Shown: positions 20,948 to 30,885 of the stretch, one piece after another
Numbering within the stretch: position 1 is the stretch's first letter
Layout: every line of letters begins with the position of its first letter
NCBI GenBank assembly: GCA_965226795.1
Contig: CBDDDZ010000005.1
Span: 256,001 to 320,000, forward strand
Origin: Candidatus Latescibacterota bacterium
Lineage (GTDB): Bacteria > Latescibacterota > UBA2968 > GCA-2709665
DNA: 64,000 nt
Reading direction: 5' to 3'
Notes under the pieces: generated by a model
What the model was told of the DNA's origin: nothing
Seen by the model: the letters and a program-made list of their open reading frames with translations, nothing else
The model's database searches: none
Translations under genes and position numbers: made by a program

Positions 20948-22816
20948 ATGAAGCCATTCTCAGAAGATCTGCTCGCGAAACTGAATAACGCAACGGTGGC
21001 GCCGCCAGAGACAAGGCCGCGAGTCCTGCTGGGCGCGGAGGAGGTGTCGGAGGTTCGAGACCGGGCGAGCGCGACACCGGGGTTTGTGGACAAGCTTGTC
21101 GTGTCGGCCAGAGAAGCTTCCGGCAGTGAGGATCTTTTCGGCGACGCCCCGGAGCTTCCGTACTTCTGCCAGACGCCGCTCCGGTCTCTGGCAAACGCTG
21201 CCTTTATTCTTGAGGATGAGGTGTTCGCGGCCAGGGCGCTGGCGGGCGTGGAGGTGATGTTCTCATTTCCGCCTGAGGAGTGGGTGGCGCGTCCTCACCG
21301 CCCCATGCGATGTGACCACGCCATGCTGAACGTGGCATCAGCAATCGGTTTGACGATGGACCTCTGCTCTGAACTCTGGCCGGCTGACGCGGTAGCGTCG
21401 ATCTCCGAGCGAATCAACGCGTATACGGTCGCCCGGTTTCTCGAGACCTGGGAAAAACAGGATGCGCACTGGTCAAGTCCGGACTACCATTGGAACTGGA
21501 AGATCATGTGCTGCGGCGAGATGGGTACGGCTGCAATCGCGTGTGCGGAGGCAATTTCGGATATCGACGCGGTGTTGCGGGCGGCGCTCGAAGGATGTCT
21601 GGACATTCTGGATTTCGTGCCGCCGGAAGGGGACTGGGCGGAGGGCCCCGGTTACTGGCTGGGCACATTAGGTCACGGCGTGAAGTTCGGCGTCGGGCTG
21701 CGTCGGGCAACGGGCGGAGCGGTGAATCTGTTCGAGCATCCGGCATTGCGGGAAACGGGGGACTATATCGTTCACGTGACCGAGCCCGACGGACAGGTGT
21801 ACAATTTCAACGATAACGGGATTTCCCTTGGCCCCAGTCTCGACTACTTGCTGCTGCTGGCAAATCTGAACCGTCGGGGAGACTGGGCGCGAACCGCCCG
21901 GGCCAGCGACCATGCGACGGTGGAGCGTCTTATCTGGGACGATCCATCTCTGGCCGACGCGATTCCGAGCGAGACCTCCCGAAGTTATCCCACAACCGGT
22001 GTGGCGACCATGCGCAGCGGATGGGACGACCAGGCGACCTTTGTGGGCCTCAAATCGGGTTCGAGCGCCGTCGGCCACTCACAGCTCGACGCGAATTCAT
22101 TTGTGGTCACCTCGCGTGGGGAACGGCTGTTGATCGACGAAGGTATCTGGCCGTACGGCCACGCGCTCGGGTTTTTCGACAGCGACGGGGGCGAGCGGTG
22201 GAATTTTGACGGAAACGGGACGATCGGGCACAATACGGTGATGGTCGACGGCGAGGGTCAGCGTTACGGGGCCGACTATCCAGGGAGGATCGTTTCTTTC
22301 GAGCGTGGTAAAGAGGTGGACGTAGCCGTCGGAGACGCGACCGCGGCTTACGGCGGGAAACTGAAACAATATCTGCGCACGCTGGCTTTCTTGAAACCTG
22401 ATGTGGTTCTGGTCTACGACCGGATTTCGTCCGAGGAGCCCCGGCTGCTGGAGTGGTTGTTCCATCACCGGGCCGAGGTGTCGGGCGACGAGCGGCTAAC
22501 CGGGTTCAGGCGGAACGGCGTGACGTTGTCGCTGTCCAGAGTGATTCCGGAACACATGGAATGCTGGCGGATGAGCGACGTGAAGCGGACCAGCATGTAC
22601 ACGGAGTCCAACCAGTATCGACCCCATCGGGTCAGCGTCGAATATCGAAGTTTCGGGCCGTTTCATCCATGCCGGGAAATCGAGGTGTTGTGGGCGATTC
22701 ACGTGGGGGACGCTTCAGATCGACCGGAAGTCGAGGCTTCGGTGGGGGATCGGACGGCGACGGTCCGGGTGGTGTCCGGGGGCGGGAACGAGCGGAGCGT
22801 GACGCTCAGGAAGTAG
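20948..22816 (+). CDS. Heparinase II/III-family polysaccharide lyase-like protein
   Basis: NW...C, GDWAEGPGYW, NFND, RSGWD, HSQLDANSF, HNTVMVDG motifs. Confidence 0.8.
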   Translation: MKPFSEDLLAKLNNATVAPPETRPRVLLGAEEVSEVRDRASATPGFVDKLVVSAREASGSEDLFGDAPELPYFCQTPLRSLANAAFILEDEVFAARALAGVEVMFSFPPEEWVARPHRPMRCDHAMLNVASAIGLTMDLCSELWPADAVASISERINAYTVARFLETWEKQDAHWSSPDYHWNWKIMCCGEMGTAAIACAEAISDIDAVLRAALEGCLDILDFVPPEGDWAEGPGYWLGTLGHGVKFGVGLRRATGGAVNLFEHPALRETGDYIVHVTEPDGQVYNFNDNGISLGPSLDYLLLLANLNRRGDWARTARASDHATVERLIWDDPSLADAIPSETSRSYPTTGVATMRSGWDDQATFVGLKSGSSAVGHSQLDANSFVVTSRGERLLIDEGIWPYGHALGFFDSDGGERWNFDGNGTIGHNTVMVDGEGQRYGADYPGRIVSFERGKEVDVAVGDATAAYGGKLKQYLRTLAFLKPDVVLVYDRISSEEPRLLEWLFHHRAEVSGDERLTGFRRNGVTLSLSRVIPEHMECWRMSDVKRTSMYTESNQYRPHRVSVEYRSFGPFHPCREIEVLWAIHVGDASDRPEVEASVGDRTATVRVVSGGGNERSVTLRK

Positions 22817-22831
22817 CCCGTCGCGCACGGT

Positions 22832-25063
22832 TCAGTTCGATGGCGGCGCTTTGCTCTGCGACGACTGTCTTGAATTTTCGCGCCGTGCGCTCCGTTCCGC
22901 CCTGATTTTTTCAATCAGCCATCCGTATTGCAGGAGTGTCTGGTCGTTGGTCTTTTTCTCCGCAGTAAGCTTTATATATCTGTTCAGGTACCTCGCCCCC
23001 CTTTCCGCCATGCCCACCCGGATCAGGCCCACGTAGGCCCCGGCCGACAGCCCGGAGTCCGCGATCCTGCGAAGTTCCCTCTTCGCGTCCGCGTGTCTGC
23101 CCTCCGCAAGATAGACCTCGCGGAGCAACAGGCGTCCCAGCGCGAAAGCCGGCTTCACCTCCAGGCTGCGCCGGAACGCGCTTTCGGCCCGCTTCCAGGC
23201 CTTCCGATGGTAGGCGACCACGCCGGCATGGACGTATCTGTCCGGCAGTGCCGGGTCTGTCCGGACTTCCGCCTTCCACTGCTCGAGCAGTTCCTGCACG
23301 TTGGCGTTCGTACGTCGGTACACTGCAACACTGGGATGATCGAATCCCGTGATCGTGGGTTCGGCGTCCGCTTCGGAAAACGTGTATCCCAGAATTTCGG
23401 GGGCGACTTTGAACAGCGCGACCCGTTCAAAGCCCAGGCTCTCATCGGCCAGGCGGCGGTAGTAGGTGTGAGCGACCGGGTATCGATGCGGCACCTTCAT
23501 GAACGGTCGCATGCGGTTCTCCTCGATCACGACAATCCATTTGACGCCGGACAACCGGTTTTGTATGAATTCGACGTGTGCCTCGTAGGGCAGGTTGCCG
23601 TCGGCACTGAGAAACCAGGCCGCCTCGTCCAGCCTTTGTTTGTACCGCCCCGCCGGCGCCATCCAGGACGTCGGGTATCCGCCCCGCTCTGCCAGCACAC
23701 GTTCCCCTTCGGGGATATTCCGCTTTATCCATCCGGCGGCTTCGAAACGGCCGCTTGACCGGTAGACGCGGGATGTCGCAATACCGTAGGCAACTGTGGG
23801 AACAACCACAAGCGCTACGGGCAGAGCGTAAACCCACACCTGGTTCAGACGCCGGCGCATCCAACCTGCGGCCTCAACACAGGCCCAGGCACCCATCACC
23901 GCCATCAGCGGTTGCATCGGTGTGGTATAACGGACAGGTTTGGTGTGGAGTCCCGCCACCATAAGGAAGTATGGCGCCAGCCAGGCCAGCAAAACCCACC
24001 ATTTCCTTTCCCGCTTCCAGATGGCCAGTGCGACACCGCACAGCGCCGCGATTTCAAGGGGCGTTCCCAGCGCGTACCGGAATAGATGGGTGATAAAGAA
24101 CAAATAGGGTGTGGTGGAGAAATCGTAGAGTCCCCAGATGCGGATCGTCTGCCCCTTCGCTATCTTCATGCTGGGCAGGAAATTCCTCATGTCTTTCGAA
24201 CTGAAGAATTCTCCTGGCGTGAGCAGGAGGGGTTCGCAGACCACCACAACCGCAACCACGACCGCCCCGCAAAGCAGCGCTCTCGGCGTAACCGCCGGCT
24301 TCAGACGGCGCCAGACCCTTTCGGCCGCCGCCGCCAACCACCGCCACCTGCGGCTGCGTTTACGTTTCCCACGCCGGACTTCGCCGGTCTCCGTCCGTGC
24401 CTGCGCCGGCCAAACGTGTGCCAGCAGAAAAGGCAGGCACAGCATTCCCGCCATCAGCCGCGTTCCTGCAGCCATTCCGCACACAAGCCCGCAGATCAGG
24501 TAGGGACGGGTGCGGTCCGATGGCAGTTTCAGGATGAGGTAGACGCCCAGGGTGATCCAGAACGCAAGGGACACGTCCACGGTGTAGAAGTGGCACTGCT
24601 GGATGTGCCCGGCGCAAAACGCCAGTAGGGTCGCGCTGAGAACGCCGGTCCGGATTCCAGCCAGATGGCGGCCGATGGCGAATACGACCCACACGGTCAG
24701 AATGCCCAGCGTGGCAGAGATCCCCCGACCCACGAGGTGGGTGAATTTCACCGACCTGTTGTCGTCTTTGTCGAACGGTTCAATTCCTGCAACGAAACCT
24801 GCGCCACGAGCCATGACCCACAGAACGTACGCCGGGCCCTTGGCATAGGCCGTGACCGCCCGGGTTATTTCCACGCCCACCAGCCCGGCGCTCTCGACAA
24901 CCGTACGTTCATCGGGATGGAAGGCGTGAAACCTGCCGGTTTCGGGATCGGTTCCCCAGCCTATCCCATAGAACCTCAAAGCTGCCGATGCAATCAGGAT
25001 GAGGATAAGGAGCGCGTATGCGCTCCGATTTTCTTTTAAACTCGACATTGTGGTGTCGGTCAT
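22832..25063 (-). CDS. GT-C fold membrane glycosyltransferase (PMT/ArnT/GT39-like) with a C-terminal TPR-like region
   Basis: LRFYGIGWG..FHPDE, multiple TM segments, HFYTVD, RY..P motif, TPR-like tail (AESAFRRSLEVKP). Confidence 0.8.
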   Translation of the reverse strand: MTDTTMSSLKENRSAYALLILILIASAALRFYGIGWGTDPETGRFHAFHPDERTVVESAGLVGVEITRAVTAYAKGPAYVLWVMARGAGFVAGIEPFDKDDNRSVKFTHLVGRGISATLGILTVWVVFAIGRHLAGIRTGVLSATLLAFCAGHIQQCHFYTVDVSLAFWITLGVYLILKLPSDRTRPYLICGLVCGMAAGTRLMAGMLCLPFLLAHVWPAQARTETGEVRRGKRKRSRRWRWLAAAAERVWRRLKPAVTPRALLCGAVVVAVVVVCEPLLLTPGEFFSSKDMRNFLPSMKIAKGQTIRIWGLYDFSTTPYLFFITHLFRYALGTPLEIAALCGVALAIWKRERKWWVLLAWLAPYFLMVAGLHTKPVRYTTPMQPLMAVMGAWACVEAAGWMRRRLNQVWVYALPVALVVVPTVAYGIATSRVYRSSGRFEAAGWIKRNIPEGERVLAERGGYPTSWMAPAGRYKQRLDEAAWFLSADGNLPYEAHVEFIQNRLSGVKWIVVIEENRMRPFMKVPHRYPVAHTYYRRLADESLGFERVALFKVAPEILGYTFSEADAEPTITGFDHPSVAVYRRTNANVQELLEQWKAEVRTDPALPDRYVHAGVVAYHRKAWKRAESAFRRSLEVKPAFALGRLLLREVYLAEGRHADAKRELRRIADSGLSAGAYVGLIRVGMAERGARYLNRYIKLTAEKKTNDQTLLQYGWLIEKIRAERSARRENSRQSSQSKAPPSN

Positions 25064-25073
25064 CGCGGGCGCC

Positions 25074-25817
25074 TTATCGATATTTGCGGCAGATTTCGAC
25101 CATTCCGAATATGGCGATGACGAAATCGCGAAACCTGATCTTCGATCCGGCCGCGTCGCGCCATTCCGAAAGCGGGACCTCGTACACGATATCCCGCACC
25201 TGTGGTCGTTGCGTGCCCGTTCTGGCGCGCATGAGCCTCGCGATGATTTCGATGTCGAAAATCCATCGGGTAACGAAGGGTTCATGAAACAGGGCCGCCA
25301 GGCCCTGCGTTACCCGGAAGAGTTTCGCGCCGCATTGTGTGTCATAAATGTCGACGCAAAGAAATAAGGAGGCCGTGGTCGCGAACAGCCTGCTCAAAAA
25401 GTGTCTCAACCGGTTCCGCCTGATCGACCTTCCCAAAAGGCGCACCCTTGCGCCGAAGGCCATCTCGATGTCCGGCCTGCCTTCGAGGACGTCGCGGAAC
25501 TCCGGGATGGCGTCCAGCGGTGTCGCGAGGTCCGCATCCCAGAATCCGACGTAGTCGGGGTTGGATTCAAATGCTTTCAGAAATCCGTGCCGTACCGCCT
25601 CGCCCTTGCCGGAATTCACCACGAGGGTATGGACGTCAAAGGATTCGGGATCCGACGCCCGCAGGGTGCGCAGGACCCCGTCTGTGGCATCCGTGCTGCC
25701 GTCGTCGACGAACAGAAACCTGATGCCACGCGACCGCTTGACGAATCCCTGAAACGCCTCAACCGGAAGACGGCCTGCTTCGTTGTAGCACGGGACGACG
25801 ATGATCGTTTCCGACAT
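25074..25817 (-). CDS. GT2 glycosyltransferase (polyprenol-phosphate glycosyl synthase-like)
   Basis: VPCYNEA, VDDGSTD, GKGEAV, DADLATP, DTQCGAKLF motifs. Confidence 0.9.
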   Translation of the reverse strand: MSETIIVVPCYNEAGRLPVEAFQGFVKRSRGIRFLFVDDGSTDATDGVLRTLRASDPESFDVHTLVVNSGKGEAVRHGFLKAFESNPDYVGFWDADLATPLDAIPEFRDVLEGRPDIEMAFGARVRLLGRSIRRNRLRHFLSRLFATTASLFLCVDIYDTQCGAKLFRVTQGLAALFHEPFVTRWIFDIEIIARLMRARTGTQRPQVRDIVYEVPLSEWRDAAGSKIRFRDFVIAIFGMVEICRKYR

Positions 25818-25873
25818 GCGATTTGACTCGTGACGACGTAATGCAGGCAGCAGCAGGAAAGACAATCAACTCA

Positions 25874-25929
25874 CACGAAGCCACAAAGACACAAAGACAA
25901 AACTCAGCTGTCAGCGTACAGCGGTCAGC
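25874..25929 (+). repeat. Short tandem repeats: CACAAAGA octamers followed by TCAGCNN heptamers
   Basis: cacgaagc cacaaaga cacaaaga caaa ... tcagctg tcagcgt acagcgg tcagc. Confidence 0.6.
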
Positions 25930-25949
25930 CCAAAGCGGTACGACCGCTA

Positions 25950-26273
25950 ATCCACGCAGCGTTCCTTCCCTGTCCGCCTAGCGCCCGCACGGCTGTGGAG
26001 TGGGGGGTTTTGTTTTTCCGCGTTATTCCGTTCAGCAACGTCGTTTTGGATAGCCTGCGGCGCCGGCAGGGCAACATCGTACGCATTCTCCATTGCGGCA
26101 GTTCGCGGAAAAACCGGCCCCGTGCCGAACGGCCTGCCTGCGCCGAGCCGTGCTCGGCAGGCAGGCGCCGTTCTTTTTCGTCCTTTTTCTTGGGCGTACA
26201 AGAAAAAGGACGAAAAAAACAAAAAAAGAGAGAAAGGGACATGACCTGACAGGCGCCAAGTACAACCCATCAT
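25950..26273 (-). ncRNA. Candidate structured noncoding element, copy A
   Basis: Reverse complement aligns with 57359-57640 and with 58044-57873(-), with covarying stems and a pseudoknot. Confidence 0.6.
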
Positions 26274-26496
26274 CAGCCGTTTTCGATTGTTACCCCGTAA
26301 CCGGTTCTGCCGTCTCGGCATTCTGGCAAAATATATCGTATGGCGATTCGCGTGTCAATTGAATCACCGGGTGCGGCTGCCGATCGTTTGAGGCGCGTAC
26401 ACCCGCTTCTGCGGGCACGAGATCGGTCCCCGTGGCGCTGTATCACATGGTTTGGGCACGGTGTTTCCGTTCTGGATTCGGGACAACCTGCCGGGC

Positions 26497-26525
26497 TTGA
26501 CAAAGGGATGCGGAGGCCGTAAATT
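26497..26525 (+). promoter_or_regulatory. Sigma70-type promoter upstream of larA
   Basis: TTGACA-17 nt-TAAATT. Confidence 0.55.
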
Positions 26526-26534
26526 TCGGCTGGC

Positions 26535-26700
26535 TAACAGTCCGTTGATAAAGTCGCTCTGCAGGCGAGGCCGAGCCATTGTGACCGAAGACAAGGCGCG
26601 CGACCGAGTCGAATCTGGGGATTCGGGGAGGGAGCGCAACGCAGTAATTCGGGCACAAGAGCCGGCCGCAGCCCGGATGGACTTTTTCAACGGGCTGCTA
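26535..26700. mobile_element. MITE-like element (~166 bp) with terminal inverted repeats
   Basis: Left end TAACAGTCCGTTGATAAAGTC versus reverse complement of the right end TAGCAGCCCGTTGAAAAAGTC (18/21 identical); no transposase. Confidence 0.7.
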
Positions 26701-26748
26701 AGAAGGCGCCGGACAATGGAACCGGAGCCGTCGAAATCGGAGATCCTT

Positions 26749-28033
26749 ATGCTCAGGGACGAACATCGGGTCGACGTAGCGTTTGGTCGCGGCAGCGTGT
26801 CCATCAGCGCCGACCCCGAATTGGCGGAATGGGAGGTGATTCGTCCTTCCTTCGAGGCGGCGATACCGGATCCGAAACGTCGTTTTCGGCAGGCGATCGA
26901 GAAGCCCGTGGAATGCGAGCCGCTCGAAGAGATCGTCTCGCACCGGGACCGGGTGGTCATCGTGACCTCCGACGGTACCCGCGCGGTGCCCAACCGGCAG
27001 TTGATTCCCTGGATTCTTGAGGCTCTGCCAGTGCCCGATGAGAATATCACGGTGTTACTGGGAAACGGGACGCATCGGGCAAACACGGATGAAGAAATCG
27101 CGGGGATGTTCGGCAGCGCGGTCTCCAGGCGGTTGCGGATTCTGAATCATGACGCGTACGACGCATCGAAAAACATGTTTCTGGGCAAGTCCGCCTGTGG
27201 TACGGACGTCTGGCTGGACCGGGCGTATGTAGAAGCGGACAAGCGGATTGTGTTGGGATTTATAGAGCCCCATTTCTTCGCGGGTTTTTCGGGCGGGCCA
27301 AAGGGCGTTGCGCCTGGAGTGGCGGGAATTGAGACGATATATCGGCTGCATCGGTCGGAACTGATTGCCCATCCCATGAGTACATGGGGTGTCCTCGACG
27401 AGAACCCCCTGCAACGGGAAGTCCGCGAAGCGGTCGCGCTTTGCCCGCCGGATTTCCTGGTGAACGTAACGCTGAACGGGGAAAAGGCGATCTCGGCGTT
27501 CTTGCGTGGGAAACTATCTGGCGGCGCATCAACTAGGGTGCGTGTCCGCGAAGGCGTCGTCGATGGCGCCTGTAGAGAAGCCGTTCCGGATCGTACTGAC
27601 TTCGAACAGCGGATACCCCCTGGATCAGAACCTGTACCAGGCCGTCAAGGGCATGTCGGCGGCCGCCCGCATCGTGGAAGATGCCGGGACCGTGCTCGTC
27701 GCGAGCGAGTGCAGCGACGGGGTCCCGGATCACGGAAACTTCGCCGAATTGATGCGCACTGGAGACCGGCCGCGGGACGTCTTGCAGGCGGTACACGACC
27801 GGGAACCCATTCTGGACCAGTGGCAGGCGCAGACCCTGGCGGCCATCCTCGAGCGGATTGAAGTAGGGGTTTATTCCGGTATGGACCGAGCCGATATCGA
27901 GGCATGCAAGCTGGACTCCGTGGCAGATCTGGACGCAACCCTTCGGGAAAAGATCCGGGCGATTGGCGGCGACGCGCGGGTGGCCGTGCTGCCGGATGGC
28001 CCGTTGACAATTCCATATCTATCTGAACCATAA
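26749..28033 (+). pseudogene. larA: Nickel-pincer-dependent lactate racemase family (LarA), split by a +1 frameshift at ~27500-27505 (pseudogene or sequencing error)
   Basis: SDGTRAVP, GTHRA, EPHFFAGFSGGPK in frame 1, continuing in frame 2 as GNYLAAH...YPLDQNLYQAVKG...LPDGPLTIP. Confidence 0.8.
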
Positions 28034-28147
28034 AAAGGATCAACACGATCCAGGGCCGGATGTAAATTCCACACCTGAAGCAAGGCCTTCACACGATTGC
28101 CAATTCAGCGTGGAATGTGAAGAAATCCGCCGGAAAGGGATTTGCAC

Positions 28148-30685
28148 ATGCCGGAACGAGTGGCAATCGGGTTGCGGGTGGTTGAATCTGAGGGCGTTGC
28201 GCGTCGCAATTGGCCGGTAACGAGGGGGGTCCCGATTCCCAGAGGTGCTGTTCAGGATCCGACCGTGTTGGGGGTGAAAGATGCGGACGGCCGCCCGGTA
28301 TCCTCACAGTTCCGCGTGTTGAGTCGGTGGCCGGACGGGAGTTTGAAGTGGGTTCTCACGGACTTCCAGGCGGATGTGCCGCCCGGTGGCAAGTCGTTGT
28401 ATACGGTCTGTCAGAGTGGGGACCGGGTTAAGCCGGCCAATGAAGTGCGCGTTCAGGAAGCCGACGAAAGGTTGATCATCTGTACGGGCCCGCTCCGGTT
28501 CGAGGTGCATCGCCGCCGGTTTTCTCTTGTGGAAAACGTGGCGCTTGGGCGGATGGAGCCGGACGGCGAGTTTACGCCGGAAGAGGAAGTCGCAAGCCTG
28601 GGAGGGGACGCGTGGGTGCGTATCCGCGAGTCGTTTCTGGACGACGAGGGGAAGCGGTACATCTATGGGATGGGCGGCGATTGCCGGGCGTCTCTCGCGG
28701 AGGCCGTGTACGACGTGAGCGTGGAGGAGGCCGGCCCGCTCAGGGCCGTGATCCGGTGTGAAGGCTCATTCGAGGCCGATCTGCCGATGCACCACTATTC
28801 GGGGTATCGGCCGTTTCGTTTCGTGACGCGAATTTACGCCTACGCGGGCCGAACCGAGTTACGCGTGCTGCACACCGTGGTTGCCGCCTGCAATCCGAGA
28901 GAGACGGAAGTGGAGGAAATCGCATTGCGAGTGCCGGTCTCGCTCTCGGGTGCGGTGAATTACCGGATTTCCGCGAGCCGGGAGATCGCCGGTGTGGCGG
29001 CCGCCGGTGAATCGCTGTTGCTTTCTCAGCGCCTCCACAACCATTTTCGTCTGGACCGGCGTCAGGGCCAGGGCACAAGAACACTTGCCGAAGGTGACCG
29101 CACGGAGGGCTGGATCACCTGCGAAGACAGCCGGGTGGGTGTTGGCGTCGGTCTGCGCCATATGCCCGAGGAATATCCGAAAGCACTTGGCGTTTCCGGT
29201 ACCGGCGGTGGGATCGACGTGTATTGCTGGAAGGATCCCGATGGGAAATGCCTTTCTTTAAAGCGGTATTCGGAGGCCGTGGCGTGGGATGAAGGCGAGG
29301 GGGTCTATGCCGATGGTACCGGCACTTCCAAAACGACCGAGTTCTTCGCTTGTTTCTACCGGACGTCGGACAGCGACGGCGTCCCCGGGCGCCTGAGAGG
29401 TTGGCTCCGGGCGCCGCACGTATCCGTGGATCCGGTGTCGATGGCGGAGGGTGAAGCCACGGGCGGGTTTCAACCCTTTGTTGAAGGGCGTTTTCCGAAA
29501 TCCGAGCGGATGATGGCGGCCTTCGTTGATTGGCTGCAGCGGAATATTGAACTGGGCGCCTGGTACGGTTTTCTAGACTGGGGCGACGCGCTGGTGGCGT
29601 GGGATCAGGGCACCGACGACTGGCGATTTTACGGCCGGTGGGGTTGGTGCAACAGCGAGTGGGATCCGCGGCACGGAGTCTGGGTGCAGTACATGCGCAC
29701 AGGCGACCCCCGGCATTTTCTGCTCGGCGAAGCGATGACCCGGCATTCGGTGGACGTCGATACCTGCCACTACCACCCGTTCAGACCCTATATGGTGGGC
29801 GGCTGTTTCCGCCATAGCGTGGACCATTTCGGGGATGAGAGCTGTGCGTCCCACACGTTTCTGGACGGCTGGATGGACTATTACTACCTGACGGGTGACC
29901 TTCGGACGCTGGAGGTGATCCGTGAGGCCGGGGAGTTTCTGTTGCGATACCGGTGGACGGAAGACCCGGCGTTCAGTTTCAGCCTGCGCAGCATTGCCAA
30001 CGCAATGCGCGGTCTGCTTTATGTGTACCAAGTCACGGGCGAGGAGCGGTTCAAGACGCGTGCGCTTGCCGTGTACGAGGCGATTGCGCGGGGTCAGAAT
30101 GACGATGGAAGCTGGCACAAGCGGTTTCAGATCTCCACCGCGGAACGGCTGTCCGATCAGAGGCCGTACGGAATGGCCACGGAGGGCACGACGATGGCCG
30201 TGGAAATGGGCACGGCGGCTCCGTTCACCGACGCCGAGTTTCGCACGTTGAGAGGCGATGCGAAGTCGACTCACCGGGTCCTGCCGGTTTCGGAACTGAA
30301 AGGGTACCAGACCCATTATCTGATGGTGGGGTTGGAACTGTTGCACCGCCTTACGGGTAGGGAAGACGTGGCGAAGGTCTACCTCAGGGCCGTGGACTGG
30401 TTCTGTGGCTATCCGGACGCACTGAATACGGAAAAAGCCATCCAGCAGCGGTACGGTGGCGTCCTGTGCCGGCACCTGGGCTACGCGTACAGGATGACAG
30501 GGAATCGGAAATATCTCGAGATCGGTCAGGCGGTTTTACAGGTCTCGATCGAGGGCCAGGACTGGGGAGACGATCCGAAACGTCACGGGGCGGTCGAAAT
30601 GAGCCCGATGCACATCAGTTTGTTGTTTTTCGGCGTTCCCTATTTTCTCGGTGCGTTGTCCCACGCGGAAATGGGAGAAGAATAA
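28148..30685 (+). CDS. Large carbohydrate-active protein, exo-rhamnogalacturonan lyase (PcRGLX/YetA)-like
   Basis: N-terminal WPVTRGVPIPRG...RWPDGSLKWV, YGFLDWGD, W.NSE, RHSVDVD, alpha/alpha barrel-like C-terminus. Confidence 0.6.
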   Translation: MPERVAIGLRVVESEGVARRNWPVTRGVPIPRGAVQDPTVLGVKDADGRPVSSQFRVLSRWPDGSLKWVLTDFQADVPPGGKSLYTVCQSGDRVKPANEVRVQEADERLIICTGPLRFEVHRRRFSLVENVALGRMEPDGEFTPEEEVASLGGDAWVRIRESFLDDEGKRYIYGMGGDCRASLAEAVYDVSVEEAGPLRAVIRCEGSFEADLPMHHYSGYRPFRFVTRIYAYAGRTELRVLHTVVAACNPRETEVEEIALRVPVSLSGAVNYRISASREIAGVAAAGESLLLSQRLHNHFRLDRRQGQGTRTLAEGDRTEGWITCEDSRVGVGVGLRHMPEEYPKALGVSGTGGGIDVYCWKDPDGKCLSLKRYSEAVAWDEGEGVYADGTGTSKTTEFFACFYRTSDSDGVPGRLRGWLRAPHVSVDPVSMAEGEATGGFQPFVEGRFPKSERMMAAFVDWLQRNIELGAWYGFLDWGDALVAWDQGTDDWRFYGRWGWCNSEWDPRHGVWVQYMRTGDPRHFLLGEAMTRHSVDVDTCHYHPFRPYMVGGCFRHSVDHFGDESCASHTFLDGWMDYYYLTGDLRTLEVIREAGEFLLRYRWTEDPAFSFSLRSIANAMRGLLYVYQVTGEERFKTRALAVYEAIARGQNDDGSWHKRFQISTAERLSDQRPYGMATEGTTMAVEMGTAAPFTDAEFRTLRGDAKSTHRVLPVSELKGYQTHYLMVGLELLHRLTGREDVAKVYLRAVDWFCGYPDALNTEKAIQQRYGGVLCRHLGYAYRMTGNRKYLEIGQAVLQVSIEGQDWGDDPKRHGAVEMSPMHISLLFFGVPYFLGALSHAEMGEE

Positions 30686-30885
30686 CGAAAACTGCGGTGG
30701 AATTCGTGCAGTGTCCGCCCGGCGTCCGATGCAATGGGGATGAGGGTGTACCGTTTGATTGAAAGCCGGGGAATCCCGCTAAACACCGATCCACAGTGGG
30801 TCGGCGGGAACACCGGTCCGGGCGGTCATGCGCCGCGGGAAGCCCGGGAGCGGGCAGACCTCACCAACATAGGGAGGTGGGCAAG

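Noticed and set aside
25925..26362. Short ORFs over element copy A (e.g. 25947-26321 -)
   Set aside because: Low-complexity translation, and the corresponding frame in copy B stops after 16 codons, so it is not conserved as a protein.
30760..30865. Possible cobalamin riboswitch (GGGAA motifs, hairpins)
   Set aside because: Lacks the conserved GCCACTG/ACTGT elements, and the downstream gene is unrelated.
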